From Eledone cirrhosa (taxonomy: Eukaryota): a DNA stretch of 64,000 nucleotides. Below the pieces are notes generated by a model. That model worked only from the letters and a program-made list of their open reading frames with translations. It did not search any database and had not been told where the DNA came from. The stretch's first letter is position 1. The number at the start of each line of letters is the position of its first letter. The position numbers and the translations under genes are program-made. Location of the stretch: the NCBI GenBank assembly GCA_964016885.1, contig OZ024740.1:414594001-414658000 (forward strand), given 5' to 3'. This document shows positions 57,400-64,000 of the stretch, piece after piece.

Positions 57400-57690
57400 G
57401 CTTTGTGCAGTGCCTTTGCTCACTATAAAAGCTTCACGGCACAGGCATTGCTTTATATCTGGAGATCTCTCTGCACTTGTCCTCACATGGGCCCAGCACT
57501 ATGTGTCAATAATTGTCCTACCATGGGCCTAGCACTATGTGTCAATGATTGTCACAGGTGTAGTGTTTGTACCAGAGGTTTCAAGTCGCTGGCTGGACTA
57601 AAAAGTCACACTCGTTCAGCGCTTCGGTAGGGGTTATCCTACATGGATGTAAAGTAGTGGCCGTACTCGAAAACGAGTTGGCAGCCACCA
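57400..57690 (+). mobile_element. 3' end of a fourth RTE-type (BovB-like) element with C-terminal C2H2-like finger
   Basis: [22 protein letters not shown], then a short UTR with hairpin CTCG-AAAA-CGAG running into TA repeats. Confidence 0.65.
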
Positions 57691-58084
57691 TATACATATA
57701 GATATATATATATATATACATATAGATATATATATATATATACATATAGATATATATATATATATATACATATAGATATATATATATAGATATATATATA
57801 TATATATACATATAGATATATATATATAGATATATATATATAGATATATAGATATATATACATATAGATATATATATATATATAGATATATATAGATATA
57901 TAGATATATATACATATAGATATATATATATATATAGATATATATATATATATATACATATCATATATATATATACATATCATATATATATATACATATC
58001 ATATATATACACATATATATATATACATATATATATATATACATATATATATATACATATATATATACATATATATATATATAC

Positions 58085-58124
<40 letters not shown>

Positions 58125-58526
58125 ATATCATATATATATACATATATATATATATACATATCATATATATATACATATATATATATATACATATCATATA
58201 TATATACATATATATATATACATATCATATATATATATACATATACATATATATACATATATATATATACATATACATATACCTATATATACATATATAT
58301 ATATACATATACATATATATACATATATATATATACATATTACATATCATATATATATATACATATATATATGTACATATCATATATATATATACATATC
58401 ATATATATATATACATATCATATATATATATATATACATATATATACATATATATACATATCATATATATATATACATATATATATACATCATATATATA
58501 TACATATACATATATATATACATATA

Positions 58527-58935
58527 CATCATCATCATCATCATCATCAGCGTTTAACGTCCGTGTTCCACGCTTGCATGGGTTTGGACGGGGGTAGTCC
58601 CACTTGAGGCAAGAGTGATTGTCTTGCTCGCATAGGACTGTCTGGCAGGTTTTCTACAGTTGGATGCCCTTCCTAACACCAACCACATTTACAGTGTGGG
58701 TCTGGGAGGTTTTTACCGTGTTGCCTACACGGCCACATTACAGCGTGGACTGTGTGTTTTTTTGTCGTGACACCTACACGATCTCATTTGTTTCGGCCTC
58801 GATGGCGCGGCACCAACATAACTTTACATAGAACGGGGTGGTGTGGATCGGGTGGGGGTGGTGGGACGGGGTGTATTTGTTAGAGATGCCTACTGGCTGG
58901 AGTAGGTTTTACTATATATTTAGGTAAGGCGGGTC
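58527..58935 (-). mobile_element. RTE family B 3' UTR-only copy
   Basis: Reverse complement of 43833-44225, sharing diagnostic variants with that copy. Confidence 0.93.
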
Positions 58936-58972
<37 letters not shown>

Positions 58973-59047
58973 TATATACATATATATATATACACATATT
59001 AAGAGAGTAAAACAAAGAATCCTTTAATACATCAAAAGTTTTTATTA

Positions 59048-59085
59048 GCCGACAATGTTTCGTCCTATTAAGGACTCATCAGGGC
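59048..59085 (-). ncRNA. Minimal type I hammerhead of the Penelope-like element
   Basis: gcc-CTGATGA-gtcct-taat-aggac-GAAA-catt-GTC-ggc, a canonical core with a GUC cleavage triplet. Confidence 0.9.
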
Positions 59086-61005
59086 AATCAAAACAACAAG
59101 AAGTAATATCGGCAGATACAAGCCGGAAACTCTGAAGAATATGGAGTGTACATACACTAAAGTCTTACAAAAATATATGATAATAAAAATGAAAATAAAA
59201 ATAAAAATAATAAAAATATATAATAATAAGAATAACTAAGGATGTAGGTAACATTAAGAACCATATTACAAATATAGTCCAAAGCAACTAACCTAAATCT
59301 AAACAAATTTGGTTATATAGAGCAGGAATTATATATAACACAATGCAATAAACATAATACATTATAATAATATACCTTTACCAACATTAAAATTACAAAT
59401 TAAAAATCAAAAGGTACAATATATACATGTATATATGTGCGCACACATACACACACACACACATATATAACAATACACACATCTATGATCAACTACACAA
59501 ATTAAGCCCTATTAGAAGTTTGAATATAAAAATAAGCATGATAAGAGTGAAAATAATACCAATACATCTACCCAATATACATGAGGCAATAATATGATAT
59601 AATTACAAGAGACACATATAATAAATAATAAACAATAAAATTATATAATTCAATATAATATAATATAATAGATAATCCCCGGTTAATTTACAGAAACAAT
59701 ATAGATGTCACAATAAAATACAATGATAATACGTAAACAGTGTACTAACATTTACCATAAACAATGTATACAAATCGATTCATACTGGGTTACAGAGTAA
59801 ATGAGGAAAAATAAATTATATAATACTCAAAAAAACACTATAATGGTACTGTAAAAATTATGATGGTACAGAAAAAAACTATATACAGACATCTTACATG
59901 ATATGTAAAGTCTAAATATCATAATGTTACATATAATGAACAGTAAGTAATAAGGATCAATATTACAATATTACAAGAATACAGACATCTTACATGATAT
60001 ATAAAGTTTAAATGTCATAATGTTACATATAATGAACAGTAAGTAATAAGGATCAATATTACAATACAATATAATATAATATATTATAAATTGACATAAA
60101 ATAATATATAAATACTTATAATTACAAGGTTAGTAGACAGACATATGTGGATGTGTAAGCAAAGCCAGACAGTGAATAGAATATAGAATAAAATAAATAA
60201 ATAAATATAATCAACCGGAAATTACAAAACAAAAGCAAATATATACACACTAAGGCCTCACATGCGGTTAAGAAATTAGGTAAACACTAAGGAAAACAAT
60301 CATTTTAATTGACTCAAAACCCTATTTGATAAATTAATATTAAAAATATCAAACCTATCCAATAAGGTAGTATAATATTAGCTGTAGTTTAAGTCATTAA
60401 AGTTTATAAACTTTAATGTTTCGTTACAAATGTTTACAAAAAGGAATGAAAAATGTTTACTATCATATACGCAACGATATCTAAAAAACTGACTTAAGTA
60501 GAATTAAGGTAGGCTAATGGGGACAGAATTGACGAAATATATGGAGGGTGCGAAGTGGCATAAAATATAGTCGATATACTATAATAAATAATAGAACGAA
60601 GCATAAAAGAGGGGGGGGGGTAAATATAATCATAGTCAATCTGGAGGGGTTGACAATAAGTTTATGTGCGCATGGAGGGAGGGGGAAGGGGGGGGGTGTC
60701 CAAAGATGAATCTGAATAAAATTAGAAATAAAAATAGAATTAAAAATAAAATTAAAAATAAAATAAAATAAAAATAATAAAAATAAAAATAAAGATAATA
60801 ATAGAATAACGTAAGTGGCGTAAAGTGTGTAATCTTATGTATATTAACAAGGTGTAATAGTGAAAACATAGATATGGTACAGTAGCCAAATGATTATGAG
60901 AGCTAGAATGAAGAGTCATCAAAAACCAATGGTAATAATGATGATAACAATAATGTTAGCAAACAAAAGAACCTAAACTAAAAACTAAGTAATGGAATAT
61001 ATCTG

Positions 61006-62488
61006 CTAATGGGTACAATTTGTACTACTAGAACGTTTGGGTTTATAATAAAAATAAGAATTAGAAATGGCGTGGGGGCAAGAAGAGAATATCTCAGACT
61101 TTCTATTAAGTAAGGATACGCTAGAGAAAATAATAGTGTGTCTCAAGTATACAGAGATTACAAAACTTACTATGTGTAGAAAGGTGGTTAGAGCGTGCTA
61201 CTAAACGCCAGTTAAGGCTATATGGTATATAAGCTCCCTTAAGATCCCAGATATAATGCGCTAAAGAGGTAGAATTCTTAAACCTAACATGTTTGAAGTT
61301 AGAGATATGAGAGTTAAACCTAGTCTTAAAAGTGTTTGAAGTAGATCCTATATACGTTCTATTAGAGGAATTAGTTATAACTTCGCAAGCGTAGACAATG
61401 TTCTTAGAAAGGCAGTTACCGTTTAGAGGGCAGTTAGCACTCACTCTACAATTGCACTTCCGGGTGTTATTGGTTGGCTCGAGTGGTGATGTATTACACG
61501 TAGGACCTCTATTAGATAAGGACTGTTCTGGTGGTAAAGCATTGTCAGATCCGTTCAGACTAGTAGTATGTAGAGAGGAGAATCCATCCCTAATTTTCCT
61601 ATTATTAGTGCTAGCTAAATGAGAACTAATATTAGGGGTGGTAGAGAATGAGAGTTTAATAACATTTTTATTAAAAATACCATGGTATTTATGAGAAGGG
61701 GGGAAATTTTTCTCTAAGATAGTGAAGAAAGACCTAGGGATATTAGTTGATACATCCTGATTATATGGCGGGTTGAAATAAGTATTTAATCGCCTTCTAT
61801 TTTTATTTTTATTCTTACCGACCCTACCTCTATCAAATGTCCCACCGTCGAGACTAGGGTTACTATCAGGATTAGTTGAAGCCACATTCATAGAATCAGC
61901 CATAATTTCGTTATGTCTATTATAGTTTCTACCTCCAGTAGATCCGCTGTTGTCCGGAATCCCTACAAGAGGATTAAGGCCAATGATAGGATCAGTAGGA
62001 GCAACATTACTAGAATAAGATCCAGCAAAACCAACACCAATGCGTGAGCGCACAGGGGGTTCAACTTGTCTCCTAGAGGTATTATATTTGCTATTACGAG
62101 TCCGGTGGGATAACTTATGGGTGGGTTCAGATACTCCTATATAAGTTCTACGGTTACTATATTTGCTACTCCCATTTATGGCCATGTTATGTGATATAAT
62201 GTTATTATTATTAAGAGTAAGCGGAGACTTTCTAAGGTTACTATTATTATAATTTATTTTACTAGAGTGACCTGAATTTGCTAGGGCATTATTGTAGTAC
62301 TCCGCATGTTCATTAAATGTTCCTGTGTCCTTAGATAGTGTGGAAATCCTATTAGATACGCCCTTAATTATAGAGTTTATCATAGAATTAGGGTGGTTAG
62401 AGTTGGGGCTAACATAAGAAAGAATTTCATTAGGCTTATGGAAGGGTTTAAAACTATTAGTGGCCAAGTCCAAAGTCACATCTAAATA
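61006..62488 (-). pseudogene. Penelope-like RT C-terminus + GIY-YIG endonuclease
   Basis: [23 protein letters not shown]-x4-[32 protein letters not shown] and CNLCILE. A frameshift near 61130 precedes LLNRKSEIFSSCPH, and the restored stop is at 61006. Confidence 0.92.
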
Positions 62489-62511
62489 TATATACACATA
62501 TACATATATAC

Positions 62512-62566
<55 letters not shown>

Positions 62567-62567
62567 C

Positions 62568-62618
<51 letters not shown>

Positions 62619-62641
62619 CATATATATATATACATATACAT

Positions 62642-62676
<35 letters not shown>

Positions 62677-62715
62677 TATATACATATATATATACATATA
62701 TATATATACATATAC

Positions 62716-62780
<65 letters not shown>

Positions 62781-62845
62781 CATATATATATATACATATA
62801 TATATATATACATATATATATATACATATATATATATACATATAC

Positions 62846-62892
<47 letters not shown>

Positions 62893-62939
62893 CATATATA
62901 TATACATATATATATATACATATACATATATATATATAC

Positions 62940-63060
<121 letters not shown>

Positions 63061-63077
63061 CGTATATATATATATAC

Positions 63078-63126
<49 letters not shown>

Positions 63127-63141
63127 CATATATATATATAC

Positions 63142-63212
<71 letters not shown>

Positions 63213-63213
<1 letters not shown>

Positions 63214-63678
63214 TCAGCATATATTATAAGATCAATTGCCTGCTTCAACTGCATGACCCTGCAAATATCATTCTGACGCACTCTAATCATGTATAGATAA
63301 GACAAGCGTGCATGCTACACGGGAGATTGCTTCATGCACTGACTACTCTAAGCTTTCCTCTTGCTTTATCTTCATAGACTGCCAACGCTTCATGTTTATC
63401 TTTATTTTCACTCTTGCTTTTATTTTATTTTATTTTTATCATGTAACACTTTATTTTTATCATGTAACACTTTATATGTAAATTGCCATGCTATTTCATT
63501 TGATGAATGTCACTCCACTGTTGATCAATATGCGCATATGTTTTATGTGTCTCTTGGGTTGAAAAGGAGGTCAAGTATGTTATAAATAACTGCTCCGAAG
63601 AATCCAAACCTCGGTTTGGAGGAAACAATTGTAAGCAAATAAATGACTTAAACTGAACTTTGATTACTGTAATCTCTA
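63213..63678 (+). mobile_element. Short hammerhead-bearing element, family H3, second copy
   Basis: TA-bounded. Homologous to the reverse complement of 44371-44750. Confidence 0.7.
63591..63637 (+). ncRNA. Minimal type I hammerhead ribozyme (CCGAAGA variant)
   Basis: tgct-CCGAAGA-a-tccaaacc-tc-ggtttgga-g-GAAA-caattg-TA-agca. Confidence 0.72.
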
Positions 63679-63777
63679 TATATATATATACATATATATA
63701 TACATATATATATATATACATATATATATATACATATATATATATATACATATATATATATACATATATATATATAC

Positions 63778-63810
<33 letters not shown>

Positions 63811-63811
63811 C

Positions 63812-63870
<59 letters not shown>

Positions 63871-63899
63871 CATATATATATATACATATATATATATAC

Positions 63900-63946
<47 letters not shown>

Positions 63947-64000
63947 CATATATATACATATATATATATACATATATATATATACATATATACATATATA

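Larger units (their letters stand above)
58998..62488 (-). mobile_element. 5'-truncated Penelope-like element (probably Naiad-type)
   Basis: RT-thumb plus GIY-YIG ORF, ~2-kb AT-rich 3' region, hammerhead and AATAAA near the end. Both ends lie in (TA)n. Confidence 0.88.

Noticed and set aside
61006-62488. Selenocysteine recoding as reported for some Naiad elements
   Set aside because: There is no in-frame TGA in the retained ORF and the conserved Cys positions are normal Cys. A SECIS was not assessed.

Overview
AT-rich eukaryotic genomic DNA. The SINE/RTE/Penelope repertoire and long (TA)n tracts suggest an octopus-like cephalopod (inference). The only host coding piece I can support is one 107-bp minus-strand exon encoding a UBA domain (17652-17758), so the window is probably mostly intronic or flanking. 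The left half holds a GA-rich 21-bp minisatellite, a 4.7-kb 35-bp satellite, old SINEs, mariner/hAT/piggyBac-type MITEs and LINE remnants. From about 34 kb onward there is a nest of young elements bounded by (TA)n arrays. It includes three RTE LINE families with a PHD-like C4HC3 finger inside the RT (one copy near full length), a partner SINE, and a 5'-truncated Penelope-like element (GIY-YIG, Naiad-like) with a 3' hammerhead. The most interesting signal is a set of short non-coding hammerhead-ribozyme elements in at least four sequence families. Several are fold-backs, and one preserves a head-to-tail junction implying a multimeric or circular RNA template (retrozyme- or pseudo-LTR-like). All alignments and folds were read by eye, and coordinates of decayed elements are approximate.
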